NCBI GenBank assembly: GCA_003427395.1
Contig: BFEA01000012.1
Location: 641,219 to 705,218 of the forward strand
Origin: Chara braunii
Lineage: Eukaryota > Plantae > Charophyceae
DNA length: 64,000 nucleotides
Direction of reading: 5' to 3'
This document shows positions 35,778-49,685 of the stretch, in pieces; position 1 is the first letter of the stretch; each line of letters opens with the position of its first letter. The notes beneath the pieces were generated by a model that saw nothing but the letters and a program-made list of their open reading frames with translations, made no database searches and had not been told where the DNA came from. Made by a program: the position numbers and the translations under genes.

Positions 35778-36910
35778 GGGGGGAGTAACTAGGGTGCAGT
35801 CACGATTTCAGTTTAAAATCCAGTTCAGTTTGACATTCAAAATTTCCCTCGGTTTGACACAACTGCAATCAGGCTCGTCTTCTTACTCACTCAGCATGCA
35901 TGAAACAGATGGTAATCACACTGGCACCAGGCGCCCACACAAAGCTCAGAGATATCACAGCCAAGAACACAGTTCAGATTTAGAACTTGCTTTGAATGAC
36001 TATGGCGCCTGTGCGCTTTCACCTCACTATTCCCACACTGTGTCCTCAACAACTGTTCACACACACGCTACTCTGGATCTCCCTGGATGTCCCACACACG
36101 CACACAACTCACCGCACACTCACACACAAACACACGCTATAGCCTATCTCTAACCTGCAGCAGCTATGGTTGTGTTCTACCTCTACCACTAACTAGCGGC
36201 TATGGCCGCTTCGTCTTCCTCACAGCCCTCTTCTCCCTCGGGCACCTGCAGACCTCCTTGCACAAGTCGCTCTGGCAGCGCTTCCGCACGGCTCGCAGTC
36301 TGAATCAATGAATAACTGGACGCTGCCTCTTGATTTATACTTCTGTTGGTCGCTGGTCTGCTCCTTTCCACAGGGCACAGGGTGCACACAGTCCCATATG
36401 GTACTTGGCGACTGGACAAAGTGAGACTGGGACTGGGTAACGCTGACTAGGCAAAGTTGGACTACCCACTTGCCCACTTGCCTCTGGTCTAACGGAAAGG
36501 CCACTTCCGGACCTTCCGGAAACCTGTAGACTTGGCCTTTCGGGGCTGTAGCAGCCGGAAACCTGTAGACTTGGCCTTTCGGGGCTGTAGCAGCTACGAC
36601 ATTGACCTTTCAGGACTGTAGCAGCTACGACTTCTACACAGCTATGACCCCTACTTGACAGACCTACGGTTAAAAACCCGACAACTACACAGACCTAAGA
36701 CAGCCAACAGCCAACTACCAAGACACAGGTCACGGGTTCAAACACACGGGAGTTGACTTGGTACTGTACACGGGTGAGGACAAGGTCTAGGGATCGAGCC
36801 CTGTTATCTGCATCTGCTACTGCAAAGGTGAAAAGTTGAAAACCGTTTAAATCGTGACTGAAGTGCATTTTCAAACTAAAACCGTCACAGTGCCCCCTAG
36901 TTTTCGCCCC
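35778..36910. mobile_element. Non-autonomous TIR element (Mutator-like?)
   Basis: Imperfect TIRs of about 40 bp (ggggagtaactagggtgcagtcacgatttcagtttaaaa vs reverse complement ggggcgaaaactagggggcactgtgacggttttagtttgaaaa). Flanks tcctttttt / ttctttttt match 8/9 but are low complexity. Confidence 0.6.
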
Positions 36911-37899
36911 TTCTTTTTTTTTTGAAAGAAAGCCTAGGTTGTTTTCTAGGTTGCATGGTAGACATATGACAACCACCTTCAGTAGTTGGCCATGTGGTTA
37001 TCCAGATGGTCTTTAGAGTCCTTATTCCTTACGAGACTCCCTCCCAACCAACCACTTTCATTATTTCTCCCTGGCGCACCCCTACCCCCACAGTCCTACC
37101 TCAGTGTCTACCACTCAGGATTGTCACCTTCCAGACATCTTGTCAGGGGTGACCTGACTGGACAGCGGTTGTAGGCACCCACTGCCACCAAGGCTAAGCA
37201 GAACCCCACTTACCCCACTCAGCCCTGATTGAAGCATAGTCGGAACAGCCAGGTCGCATGGGTACTTCGGGCGCTAGGTATAGACGTCCTTCTGCAAGCC
37301 CCAGAGGTGGACCCATTCCTATCCCCCTAAGTTGTTTTATCGTTCGTTTGTATGTACTGCTGCTGTTCTATGTATGCCTATTACCAGTAGATGCACGCCC
37401 CCCTATCCACCCCTCTAACTATAGATGCCCCCCTAGACCCCTTTCGACTCGCATTATTATGGTTAGACCCTTGTTATTCTCATCGTTCTTGGTTATGTGC
37501 TATTTGTCGACCGGGAAGCAGGCCTAAGTCATCGGTACGTACTATAGAGTCGTATAGACGCCCCCTAAGAGAACCCCTGCTGCAAGATCCCCCATAGAAT
37601 CCTCATCGCGATCAGCACCGGCCTAAGTCATCGGTACGTACTAGGCCCCACAACTGTTCCTCTGACCTCTATCCTCGCCTGGGCTTATTTCGGTTTATCC
37701 CCGAGGGAGGCCTTACCTCGGGACTCTCCTACCTAATCCCCCCCCTAATGCGACCCCCTAATCATCCTGTCTGCACCCCTCCCCTCCCAAAGCAGAGCCC
37801 CAAGTTCAACCAATTCACGTGATCTATACCTCCATAATATCCCTGCCTGTATCTCAGCTATCTCTGTGCAAGTATCTGTCCCTAACTCAAACCCACTGA

Positions 37900-38232
37900 G
37901 CTACCATGACAATTACCAGTAGTCTGTTCATGGGCTGTGATACACCAGGGGACAAGCGTGCAATCATCAGAACAATTTCCTCCTTGGACTAAGAACATCG
38001 GGCAAACCTCCCATAGCCTAATCCAACATACAACAACCGAGGACTGAACCCCTTGGGTGGTACAGGCAGTGTATGTAGTCCTTACCATGCGCCAACCCAA
38101 GGCGATGTAACAGTGGTGCAGCGGTCAGCGCTCGCCGGTGTACATGCGCAAGGCTGAGGAGTTTCGAACCCGCAACCTCAGAGCACAATGCGCATTTCCA
38201 AGCGGTGCTCTACCCACTGAGCTAATCGGCTG
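37900..38232 (-). mobile_element. tRNA-derived SINE
   Basis: Minus-strand head tagctcagtgggtagagc...gggttcgaaact; 3' limit approximate. Confidence 0.6.
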
Positions 38233-39048
38233 TTCTTTTAAAAAAAAGATAAAAAAAAGGAGGTGCAAGGGCATACTCACACTAGCACTCTCCCAAAATG
38301 AATCCGACTGTCATTACAGCGAGACCTGGATGTATCTGACTGGGATCATGTCCAGAGCTTAGTAGAAAAACTCCTCGTATGCGTATGCCCTGATCCTAGC
38401 CAAAGGCCAAGAAAGGTCAGCTGACAGGCCCTATCTCATGGGTTTACCAACTGAGCTATCCCGTTGTTTTTTTTTGTTTTTTTGGACAAGTTTCCAGAGC
38501 AGCAGTCGCGCTCTGCTGAGCTGGCAGGGTGGTTTTCACGGAAAAGCAACATAGAAACTGCATGGGCCTGGCTCCACTACACCACACTCAACATGAATTA
38601 GAATTTTAGAGTCTTTTGGACACCTTATGGGTGAGGTGCATTCCGCATTGTCCAGACAGCATCAAAAAACTTGTGGAGTGTTGTATAGTGGGGTGCGGTC
38701 CTATGTAACGAGCCCGATTGTGTCACAGTGCGGAACGCTCTTTCAATTGTAAGCCCACCAGCCCCACCCCCACCGAACCTCCACAGTCCCTGTTTCTATA
38801 GATTCTGCCCCCGTATTTGTCTTCAAATCCAATCTGGACTGTTTTTTTTTTTTTTTTTTTGGAGACTGGTTTAACTCTGCAGGGTGGCACGATTTGGGGA
38901 TACTCTTATCACCCTGGGTAGCACTGCACAGTCTGGTACAGTCATGCTTTTTTTGAGTGTATAGCGAATATGACAACACACACACATGCACAGTTCTCCA
39001 ATGATGTGACCACCCGGACTACCATCCTTATTGCTCACTACGCACAGC

Positions 39049-39110
<62 letters not shown>

Positions 39111-40913
39111 CTACACATTGACCACCGAAGTGTGTGATCGGCCGTCGCCAGGTAAGACAGCCTGTTCCCGTCCCTGTTCTTGTCCTCTGATCACCTCAGC
39201 ATCAGCAGCCCTACTTCCTGCCTTTGCTACTTCAAAAGGAAATTTGCAAACTCCCGGATAAGAGAATCTTGAGATGCAAAACTGGAGAGTGGGCGAACAG
39301 CATTCCTATAACCTTGCTGTTCCTCACAGTACCTCTCCTCAAAATGAATCTGACTGTAATTACAGCGAGGCCTGGATGCATCTGACCGCAATCATGTCCA
39401 GAGCTTTGAAGAAAAAGTCCTAGTGTTAGTACACCCTCACTCAAGCAGAGTCTTTGGACCATCGTTGATAAATCTCATCGGCGGCTGTCGTTTCATTTCA
39501 GCCTCCCAAAAGATCTGAGGCCCACCCGAGGCCTCCCTATTTGCCCAACCGGCAGAGGCACTAGTAGTTTAAACCTTTTTGCTCTTTTTTTCACATCGCT
39601 GTCATGTCATCCGCCCAGCCGTGTCCCGCCAGCGCGGAAGCGCCAATATGGTCCCCTGACCCTCATCCCGCCTGCAGCACAGTGCCTCTACAGTCTCATC
39701 ACCTGATGCCCGTCTAGCAGTGGCTCGGCCGTTCCTCGTTCGTCCTGTCACTGCATGTCGGGAGTGCTGAATCACTCGCTGAAGATGTAACTTATTACTT
39801 GGAAGTTGGAACTAACAGTGTGTGACAAAATGGGGACAACATTTATTAATTCATGAATAATGAATTGGTTAATGTCATTCGGGTTTGTCTTTTTAACATT
39901 TTGCCGCAATCTCTAGCCTTTAAATGGAAAAAGTCTCCGCTCATCATCTAGGTTTGACAAATCTATATTCATACATCAAGAACAGATGCTGGCTACGAAT
40001 CCCCATTCGTCATGCTCTGGTCATTTCTGAATTTTCTGTTTCTTTTTTCTTTTCTTTTGTTTTCTTTTTTTTCTCTCTTTTCCCTTTTTTGCCTTTTTTT
40101 TCTTTCTTTTTTTTTCATTTTCTTTTTTTCCCCTTTTTTTCCTTATTTTTAAGGAAAAGTTCAAAAAACAGATACTGGCTTGCATCAGCCCGGTTCCATT
40201 CCAGCTGCAAGTCCAAAAATAGAATACATACTTTGACCCGCACAGTGCTTCCTTCCGTCTTGGCCAAAGGATCCTTGATCACCCATGGAGAGGATTGACT
40301 GGCAGATAGGCTGAAGCACTGGATCCGAATGCTTAGCAAACTGAGGCTGTGGTGAGATAGTCAGAGAAAGATGAAAACAAGAAACCCTGTGGCCCGAGTG
40401 AATGGCCCTAGACGGAGTTGCATTTTCTTCGTTTATTGAGTAGAGTGGCGAGGACGAATGTCTGATAGGGGGCGGAACCGATTGCGCTCCACAATTATGT
40501 GCTGTCCCCATTTCTGATTTTCCGCGTCAACGTGAGGTGAGGCTGTCAATCGGTGCAAGTTCGCCGTCTGCTAGCCAGGTGCGAGGAGAAAACTCCCCTG
40601 ATCGCTTACTGAAGAGCTCCAGGTGAGACCCCCTCCACCCTTTAATATTTACCCTGTTACACCTGATTTCTGCTTCCGCCAGGTCTATCTGTTCTTGCCA
40701 TGCAGCGTCCTTGTCTGTTTCTTATCCCTGTATCGTCCCAAAGGACCTCCATTTCCGGATCGTCCAAAGAGTGGCCTTCCTGATCATTAACGCTGTATCT
40801 GGACTGAAAGTTGCCCCAAATACAGCTATGATGACCAGGCGTTTCATTCAGGTGAAGACGGTGGGGTACATCTACAGCTATGGCGCTCAGCGCCTGTTGA
40901 CTACTGAGTTACT

Positions 40914-40963
<50 letters not shown>

Positions 40964-41105
40964 NNNNNNNNNNNNNNNNNNNNNNNNNNNNNNNNNNNNN
41001 NNNNNNNNNNNNNNNNNNNNNNNNNNNNTCTCTCTCTCTCTCTCTCTCTCACGCGCGCGCGCGCGCACGCTCTCTCTCTCTCACACACACACTCTCACAC
41101 ACACT

Positions 41106-41163
<58 letters not shown>

Positions 41164-41396
41164 TAGGTAAGTTGCCTTCTGCCCTCCATCCCCTTATGGT
41201 TTGAAATATATATGTACACATATGTATATGTGCAAGTGTGCCGCTTTGGCGGCAGACGGGTGTGTGGGCACTTGGCGCTGAACCACACAAACGTGGCCAT
41301 CCTTGCATTTTCTATTAAATTGCCTATCTATACTTTTTCGTTATGGATGGCTTGTGATGCTTTGTGAAGGGAACGAGAGAGAGAATCTGAGGTCTT

Positions 41397-41470
<74 letters not shown>

Positions 41471-42931
41471 GCGCGCACACACAAGCGGTCATGCCATTGG
41501 GTGTCCATGGCTGAGTGGGTGTGTAGGGTGGGTTTTACGACTGTGTCAGATTAGTTTCTCAGACTTATACCATTCTTGTCAGGGGTTTGGACCGGCAGTC
41601 TGCTAGGACTGCAAGGTTGGTGTGAGTAAAGTCGACCACTTTTCTCTCTCAGGGATGGGTATCGCTAACTCTGGGCGATGTGGTGACTCGTTATCCATCA
41701 GTCAAATGCATCCTGGGCAGACTGTCGGGGTTCAACCTCCTGATGAGTCAGTGTATGGTTAGTATCAAACGACAACATGACCATGCAACACACGGTAAAG
41801 GACGAAAGCAAGGAGGGGGAAAAAAAAAACAGCCAAGAAGAATGATAGCCGATACCCCCGAGCGCAACCTGGCTCGAAACATTTATCAAGAAACACCACC
41901 CAAAAGCGGATGATGTCAAGAGCCACCATAGACATGAAGCACATAGGCGAGGTTGCTAGCGCGCGGCTGAGGTGGAGTGCAGATTGCGCATTCGACACGA
42001 CTTTCAACCTCAGCCAGACAGACTGCAAGGTGATAGGCCTCTGCGCGGCCATAGCCGATGGGAACAGGGCAAGAAATGAAACCGTCAGTACCTTGGTTGG
42101 ACCAGGCAGACTTCAGAATCGAAATTGCGACAATCCGGGTTCTCCGAATGAACCGTGGACCAAAATGGTTTTCGCAGTGCCAGCCAGAAATGAAATGATG
42201 TGCGCTGCCCCTGGCAAAAGAGGCTCAGAGGTACTGGTGGTTTTAACAGCCAGATCACCCCCGAAGCGTCCGCTTCCCCCGAAGCAGAGTACAGCGCCTA
42301 CTGGCATATATGGAAGGAGCTTTCCGATTCAAGCCTGGGCCAGTAGTTAAAGTGGCAGGGCACTCTGAAAAAGGCGCACTTGCAGGCTCCCAAGCCTTGG
42401 AAGGTAGCGTCATCAGCTTAGGCTCGTCTGAACCGGGGGTTTAAGAACAGACGCTAAAAGACATCGGCTGCTCTCCGATCGCAGCCAGATCGTCGCAGGG
42501 AGCAGCCTGTCCTTTTTTATTCTACTGCAACCTGCAGCGATTGCCCTCTTCTATCAACGACATGAACTCCAAGACGACATGTTCTCGTCTATTGTCTTAC
42601 CTACCCCTTTTCATCTCTGAGACTCTGACAGAAAACCAACCATGCGGGGTCTTACCTACCCCTTTTCATCTCTGAGACTCTGACAGAAAACCACCCATGC
42701 ACCCGCAGGCCATCATCACTTCTGTGACAGTGATCGACGAGCTGTGCCGATGAGGGAACCAAAGAATCAATGCCTAGGTAGGCAAGCAAGACTAGCTGGC
42801 TGGCTGTGAAGGAAGGGGCGCTCGCATTAGTGTAAGTCTTTGAAATACTCGGTCGCCTGAACGAGGCCTTCTGAAATTCCCACCTCATTTGCAGAGTGCC
42901 CCGCATTAGGAATAACCTGCAACACCAACAG

Positions 42932-43090
42932 GCCTAGCTCAGTTGATACACCCATGAACTGTTGAAATACAGACCCGTGTTCAAACCCAAATGGAATTTA
43001 AGATGACTGTTATGGGAACAGCAGCAATTTTGAAATACCTGGGAACAGTCAGTTCTCGATATGGAACAATCTGAATTACCTGGGGCCATC
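42932..43090 (+). mobile_element. tRNA-derived SINE family (further copies at about 47945 +, 51219 +, 5075-5135 -)
   Basis: Shared head cctagctcagttgNtacacccatgaaNNgttgaaatacNgacc...gttcNaa (A and B boxes) in four places. Confidence 0.65.
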
Positions 43091-45976
43091 GCCTTGGGGG
43101 GGGGGGGAAACAGAAAGGGAAGAGAGGATGGGGAGGAACAAAAAGGAATAACCTGCAACTGTGCAGCATGCAAACAATGCCAATTGTAGTAATCATGTTC
43201 TTGCTCTTTAGCCTCTATGATATTTTTAAGTCATACAGTTTATAGTGCGACCACACGAGACGCAAGTTATCCCTGCTTTTTTGCTGTGTTTTCCTTGTTG
43301 TCAGCTCTCTGCCACGATCAGCAGGGTGCTAAAGCTGTGCGGGGTAGAGAAGAGCATCACCACCCTAGCTCTGCATCAAGCCTGGCCAATTTATTGCATC
43401 TTGCTAATTACTTTTTAAGTGTTTATACTACCCTCTTCACCCAAATAGAATGGCCGGTCGTTATCGCTGTACCTAGACTGGAAATTGCCCCAAATACAGC
43501 TATAATGACCATTGACGAGGCATTGTTTTCGGGTGAAGACGGGTCTTTTTGTAGTTCTTAAACCACCACTACCTCTGATACTGTTTTTGCCGAACCTGAA
43601 TTTCACTGCGCACCGAGTTTTGCCAACCCTGGGTCCCATTGTATTTTCTTTTCTGGTACTCACGGCAGTTACATCCAAAAGAGAAGTAAAAAAAAAAAAA
43701 AAAGAAGAAGAAGAGAAAAGAAAAGAAACTTCCCTAACACCGTGATATAGATCAGATACATTCAATGAGGTGATAGTGAGACTGTGCCCTCAGTGAGGGC
43801 TTCTGTCCCATGAAGGGCAAAAAAAAAAAAAAAAAACATCCCTTATGCTGGGATCTCGGTCCCTTATGCTGTGATCTCGGTCCGATACAGGACACTACAG
43901 TACTAGTGTGAGTATGAGGTCAGTGAGGCAGTTACTTGCCCCTCGTGGAATACGCCCTGCCTCGCAGGCAGGGCGCCAAAAGGAAACCAAAAGAAGGGAA
44001 AAAAAAAAACAAAAAACAGTTTAAACAACAGCAATCACGTTGTACAGATAGTGGCCAGATACATTCCTCAAAGCACTGGTGCGACTTCCACCTCCGTGAC
44101 GGCCGTCCCCGACCTTGCTGGATTTGAAGTCCTCAGGGTCTTTGTTTTTTTTTGCTTTTCCCTCACCGTGGGCCCACGAGGGGCCCCACCTTTTCTCTTT
44201 TCTTTTGTTTCCCTTTCCTGCCGACCCTACGCCGGAGACCCGAACTTTTCAGATGAGCTCATTTTCCCAAATGGGACTGTGGGACTACAGCTTCGAAAGG
44301 TAACTGGCGGTTTAAGGTTGTGGGGGGCCATCCATGGAACAGTGCCACAATTTCAAAATACAGACTCGGCAGTACTAGCGGTTCAAACCACAAGAACATC
44401 CGAGCCTCTTTTCTCTCTCGGAGGCAGATTCCCCCCTGTGCACCAAGCTTTGACGACACCCCTCCAGTGCGGCACTTTTTCTTTTTCCTTTTCCTTTCGC
44501 TGGTCCCGCCACCCATTTTGTTCCGGTAGCCCTGAGCCTCCAGCATTTTTCGAATTGGCTCGATTTCGATCCTCAAGTTTGCCTCTACCCGATGTGCTGC
44601 CAGTTTTTTCAAACATCAAAACTGAATCATCCAGAGGAAGAATAGCTCCACCGTTTGCATAACCCATGAGGCCGAGGAGCTATTCCCATGGACCCCCCCC
44701 CCTGCCCCCTTACAAAACATTCTTCCAAACCATCATATCAATCATCCAAATGAATCATCATATGAAATCATCATGTGTCTTATCCTGCTCATCACAAGCT
44801 ATATTTTATGCTCTTGTTTGGCAAATTTCTGAAGCCAAAATAGCTGAGAGACGTCATCAAACGAATCGTCATTCATGAATCGTCACATCATCACCAGATG
44901 AATCCTCACGTGTATCGTCCATCACATAATGCATTATCAGGTGGAATAGGTCCACAATGCCCGGCAACACCGGCCACTGGATCGACATGTAAATCATCTC
45001 GACGACTCAATTACAAGCTCCAACCAGCACTGAACAGCGCAGTTCCTTGCCGTGTGCTGCAAGATACACCGGTCGGGTCTACCTTCCGATCCAGAGCCAA
45101 GCGGTCCAACCTTGTTGAAGTTTAGGGTTCAAAAAGTTTTATTCCCACGGCTGCAAGATACAACAGTTCCCCCCCCAAAAAAAAGAAAAAAGAAAAAAAG
45201 AAAAAAGAAAAAAAGAAATACAACCGCTCGGGTCTACTTTCTGATCCAGAGCCAAGAGGTCAAACCTTTTTTTTTTTTTTTTTTTTTTTTTTGAAAGACC
45301 CTTGCGCAAGGCCTCTATCCTGGTGGTGGTAAGAGAAAAACCTTCTTGAAGTTTAGGGTTCAAAAAGTTATTCTCACGACTGATTCCGACGGCTGCAAGA
45401 TACGCCGAGCGGTCGACGATCCGATCGTGTGACAGGGCTAGTTCAGTCATTCGCAAACTTTTGACGAGGACCTTGAACAGAAAACAGGGATAATTATTAA
45501 TTATGATTAATTAATGACCTTGGCAAATCAAGCCGGAAACTCAGTACGGACCTCAACGTGCAGATTTTGATGGCCAGGTATGCAAGCATGACCTGTAGTG
45601 GAAAGAGTAGCCAGACACTAAGGCACATTTGGACAGGGCTATCGTCGAAACCCGAAGAGAACGCCCCCGGTCATTACTGCTGCATCCAGACTGGACGATC
45701 GACAGGGCTATGGTCCTCAGCCCAATTACAGCTATCATGACGGGGCATTCTATTCGCGGGTGAAGATGAAGACGGTTGTTCAGTCATTCCAAAACTTTTC
45801 CCCCAGGACCTTTCAAAAAAAAAAAAAAAAAAAAAAAAAAGAGCTAGTAGTTAACTGCAAACTTGTGCAGACCGGTCATTGTTAAAGATGCACCGCATTT
45901 TGAGATCTTTGCTTTTTTTTTTTTTTTTACACAATCCATAGTACTGGCTTCTTTGCTGCCATTTAGGATGCTCCTA

Positions 45977-46088
45977 CCGTCTTCCCCCGAATAGAACGTG
46001 CGGTCGTTATAGCTGCTGTATTCACAGCAACTTTAAGTCTAGATGCAGAGAGAGGCAATGACCGTACGTCTTATTCGGGGGAAGACGG
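45977..46088. mobile_element. MITE-like foldback; related fragments at about 40790-40860, 43440-43545 and 45650-45775
   Basis: ccgtcttcccccgaata...tattcgggggaagacgg inverted arms. Confidence 0.6.
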
Positions 46089-46300
46089 ACAGTCCATGAG
46101 ATGTTAACAGCATTGCAGGGGAGGAGGTTGCCGGGAATGCAGCATTGCCGTTGCACTATCGGATTAGCCACGCGAGTTCCTGGACCATACCGTGTTCCTG
46201 GACCATACCGTGTTCCGGGACCATATCGTAGCGGGAGTTTTTTTTTTTTTTTTTTTTTTTTCTCTCAGTAGGTTTTCCTCCCTGCCGTCTTTATGTGCCC

Positions 46301-46335
<35 letters not shown>

Positions 46336-47249
46336 CATTTTTTTATTTTATTTTACCGTGAGTTGCAGGTGGGCTAAAGTGGAATTGGAACCCTCACCCA
46401 GAGTTGAGATTCCGGCCACGACTTATGAAGCTCCCATGCTGACATGAATGGGCAGACCATGTCATACCTTCCCTGCAAGTTGTCGAAAGAATTTCGTAAA
46501 ATCACGCAAACCATCAGTAGTGATTCAGTACACATCGTCAACCGAAATGAAACATCACGAATCATCATACCAAAAAGTTAAAAACAGTTAGAAAAACAAA
46601 CCCAAAAAAGAAAGCTACAGAGTGTAACCACCTCTAACCCCCTTTTCGAACGTAATCTTGCACAGTATGCAGTCATTAAGTCATATGCACAAGGAGTAAG
46701 TGTGCATGCATGCTAGAAGTAAGTTCCGAAACTACCCCTCCCCCCACCGCATCGGGTTAACCACACAGCAAACCATTTTCAGGGTACCGCCCATGGCCAT
46801 CCGTAAGGGGCCCATAGTTGCATGCGAGCCTTCCAAGGTAGTTAAAAAACCAACAGAAACGGAAGTTGTTGGAGACATCCGACCCTGCATGCTCTGTTCG
46901 TTTGAACGCCACCTTACAACAGGCATCTGGATTCTTTTTCGTCCGGCCCATGTTATAACGCTTCTGTCTTTTTAGAGTCTGTCGACCATTTATATACTTG
47001 AAGTGGACAGCATCGATCGCAGAGGTGCTGTGGTTTCTTCTACTGCTCTTGCTGCTACTGCTACTACTAGCCCTGCTGCTACGGACATGGCAACTCTTGC
47101 TGTCATAGCAGTTGGTTATCTCCTGCTGCTACCCTCGTTGTCACCGCCATCGCCTTCTGCTGTAACGCTCCTACAACATTCATCGCGGAGAAGCTCTTGT
47201 TTCTTCTACTGTTTTTCCTGCTACAGTCAGTGCTGCTGCTACCGACATT

Positions 47250-47867
47250 GTCACTCTTGCTGTAAGTTGCAGTCGGTTACTTGCGGACGCTGCTACCCTT
47301 GTTCTCACTGCCGCCGCCTTCTGCTGTAATGCTCCTAGCTCTACTGCCATTTCGCCCCACCGCCCACTCCTAGCACTGCTCTGCCTACTACCGTTGTGTC
47401 CTGCTGTCCGCCCCCCAGCACCGCTCTGGCTACTGCAACTGCTATCATTGCCGCTGTGACTGCCTTTAACTAGTAGAACAACTGCAACGACTGCGGCTCC
47501 CGTGCCCCTTGCTGCTGTAACAGAATCCTCTCGTGCATAGCAGGAATTCCAAATTCCTTTGCACTGCTGCTGCCACTCTTGCTGCAAGTTGCAGTCAGTT
47601 ATTCGCCGACGCTGCTACCCTTGTTGTCACTGCCGCCGCCTTCTGCTGTACCTGTACTGCCATTTCGCCCCACCGTCCAGTCCTAGCACTGCTCTGCCTA
47701 CTGGCGTTGTGGCCTGCTGTCCGCCCCCCAGCACTGCTCTGGCTACTGCAACTGCAACCATTGCTGCTGCGATTGCCTTTAACTAATAGAACAACAACTG
47801 CAGCGACTGCAGCTCCCGTGACCCTTGCTGCTGCAACAGAATCCTCTCATGCATAGCAGGAATTCCA
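47250..47867. repeat. Diverged tandem duplication, unit about 320 bp, CTG-rich
   Basis: ctcttgctg(t/c)aagttgcagtc...gcatagcaggaattcca occurs twice. Confidence 0.85.
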
Positions 47868-48170
47868 CTTTCCTTTGTTCGGAGGCGGATGCTGGTAAAC
47901 GCACTTGCAATTTCTTTTATCGCTTCAGCCTTCTGGTGCAACTGGACCTAGTTCAGTTGGTACACCCATGAAATGTTGTAATGAAGATGTGAGTTCGAAT
48001 TTAGATGAAACTACAATATAGTAGAACGAATTTGTGTAAATACAAGCTGGCCACCTGACCTGCGCAGTGCAAGGATGAGGCAGACAGGGGAGTGCTGTAT
48101 CAAGCGAGATAGGAACGATTCTGTGACTGTAATTCCCCCAGGTGATTTTGAGAACTGCATCGTCATCCTT

Positions 48171-48205
<35 letters not shown>

Positions 48206-48249
48206 TAACATCATAACATGGATGGCGGAACTGAAAAGATGCAAGCTCA

Positions 48250-48420
<171 letters not shown>

Positions 48421-48467
48421 TTATAGGCCAAAGAAAGCATGTCACATAGGTGTCCGTCCATCAAACT

Positions 48468-48837
48468 GAGAAGAAGAAAGGAGAGGAAGAAGAAGGAGAA
48501 TGGTAAGGAGAAGAAGAAGAAGAAGAAGAAGAAGAAGAAGAAGAAGAAGAAGAAGAAGAAGAAGAAGAAGAAGAAGAAGAAGAAGAAGAAAGAAGAAGAA
48601 GAAGCAAAGAGGAAGACGAAGAAGAAGACAGAGAAGAAGAAGAAGAAGAAGAAGAAGAAGAAGAAGAAGAAGAAGAAGAAGAAGAAGAAGAAGAAGAAGA
48701 AGAAGAAAGAAGAACAAGAAGAAAGAAGAACAAGAAGAAGAAGAAGCAAAGAGGAAGACGAAGAAGAAGACAGAGAAGAAGAAGGAGAAGAAGAAGAAGA
48801 AGAAGAAGAAGAAGAAGAAGAAGAAGAAGAAGAAGAA
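48468..48837 (+). repeat. (GAA)n microsatellite with higher-order substructure
   Basis: Direct reading; the interruption gcaaagaggaagacgaag recurs. Confidence 0.95.
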
Positions 48838-49514
48838 CCTGCCCTCCCAGGATATCCAGCAGGAAGAGCACTGCTTGTTTCGCATGAACTTTGATGGGAA
48901 CTAGAACGTAGGCCATGTACTGTCCGTTCTCTTCTTCCTTTTCCTCCCACTCGGCCTGTTCGGATGTCCAGACAGGTTTATTTCGCTCATTCGCATGAGT
49001 GTTCGTATGTCCAGACTGACGCATTCAGCTCGTTCCATAGGACTCGTTTGGATCCAGACAGGTGTATTCCGCTCATTCGCACGAGTGTTCGTAAGTCCAG
49101 ACTGATGAATTTGGCTCGTGAAGGGGGCCGGGAAGATGACGCGAACAGGGTGCCAGAAAACGGAAGGGAGGCCGATGAGTGTTTCAAGGAGGTTTACAAG
49201 GGAGTAAGATGAGGTGAACAGGGGGCCAGAAGAGGGAAGAGAGGCCTATGAGTGTTTAAAGGAGATGAGGTGAACATGGGGCCAGAAGACAGAAGGGAGG
49301 CCTATGAGTGTTTAAGGGAGGTTTACAAGGGAGTAACGAAATTGTCCTTTTGTTGTTTGTTCACTTATCTATTCTTGCCTTTGGTAAAGACGATGAGGCT
49401 TAGCCAAAAGTTCATTCTTATAGCAATTCTAGTATTCTAATTTCAAAGTTTTCAATGCAGCAGATCTTTTTTTGTTTTTATTGGAACATTTCTCGATCTA
49501 TGTGTGCTATGATC

Positions 49515-49685
49515 CCGGGGCCAAGTCCCACTAGCAGCGTTGAGCTACCTCAACGCCTAAATCTGGACGTGTTTGTGGAGACGTGCAGTTCAGGAAACTC
49601 AACACTATTTCTGCACATCTCCGCAAAAGCGTCCAGATTCAGGCGTTGAGGTAGCTCAACGCTGCTAGTGGGACTTGGCCCCCGG
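49515..49685. repeat. Near-perfect 170-bp foldback (MITE or hairpin RNA)
   Basis: Arms of about 72 bp around a loop of about 22 nt, with only a few mismatches. Confidence 0.85.

Noticed and set aside
38145-38232. tRNA gene (also 35680-35746, 42932, 51712)
   Set aside because: A and B boxes are present but acceptor and anticodon stems do not form properly; treated as SINE heads.
41720-41780. CTGATGAG, hammerhead-like (similar hits at about 3224, 3935, 29144, 61007 minus)
   Set aside because: No correctly placed GAAA, or stems I-III do not pair.
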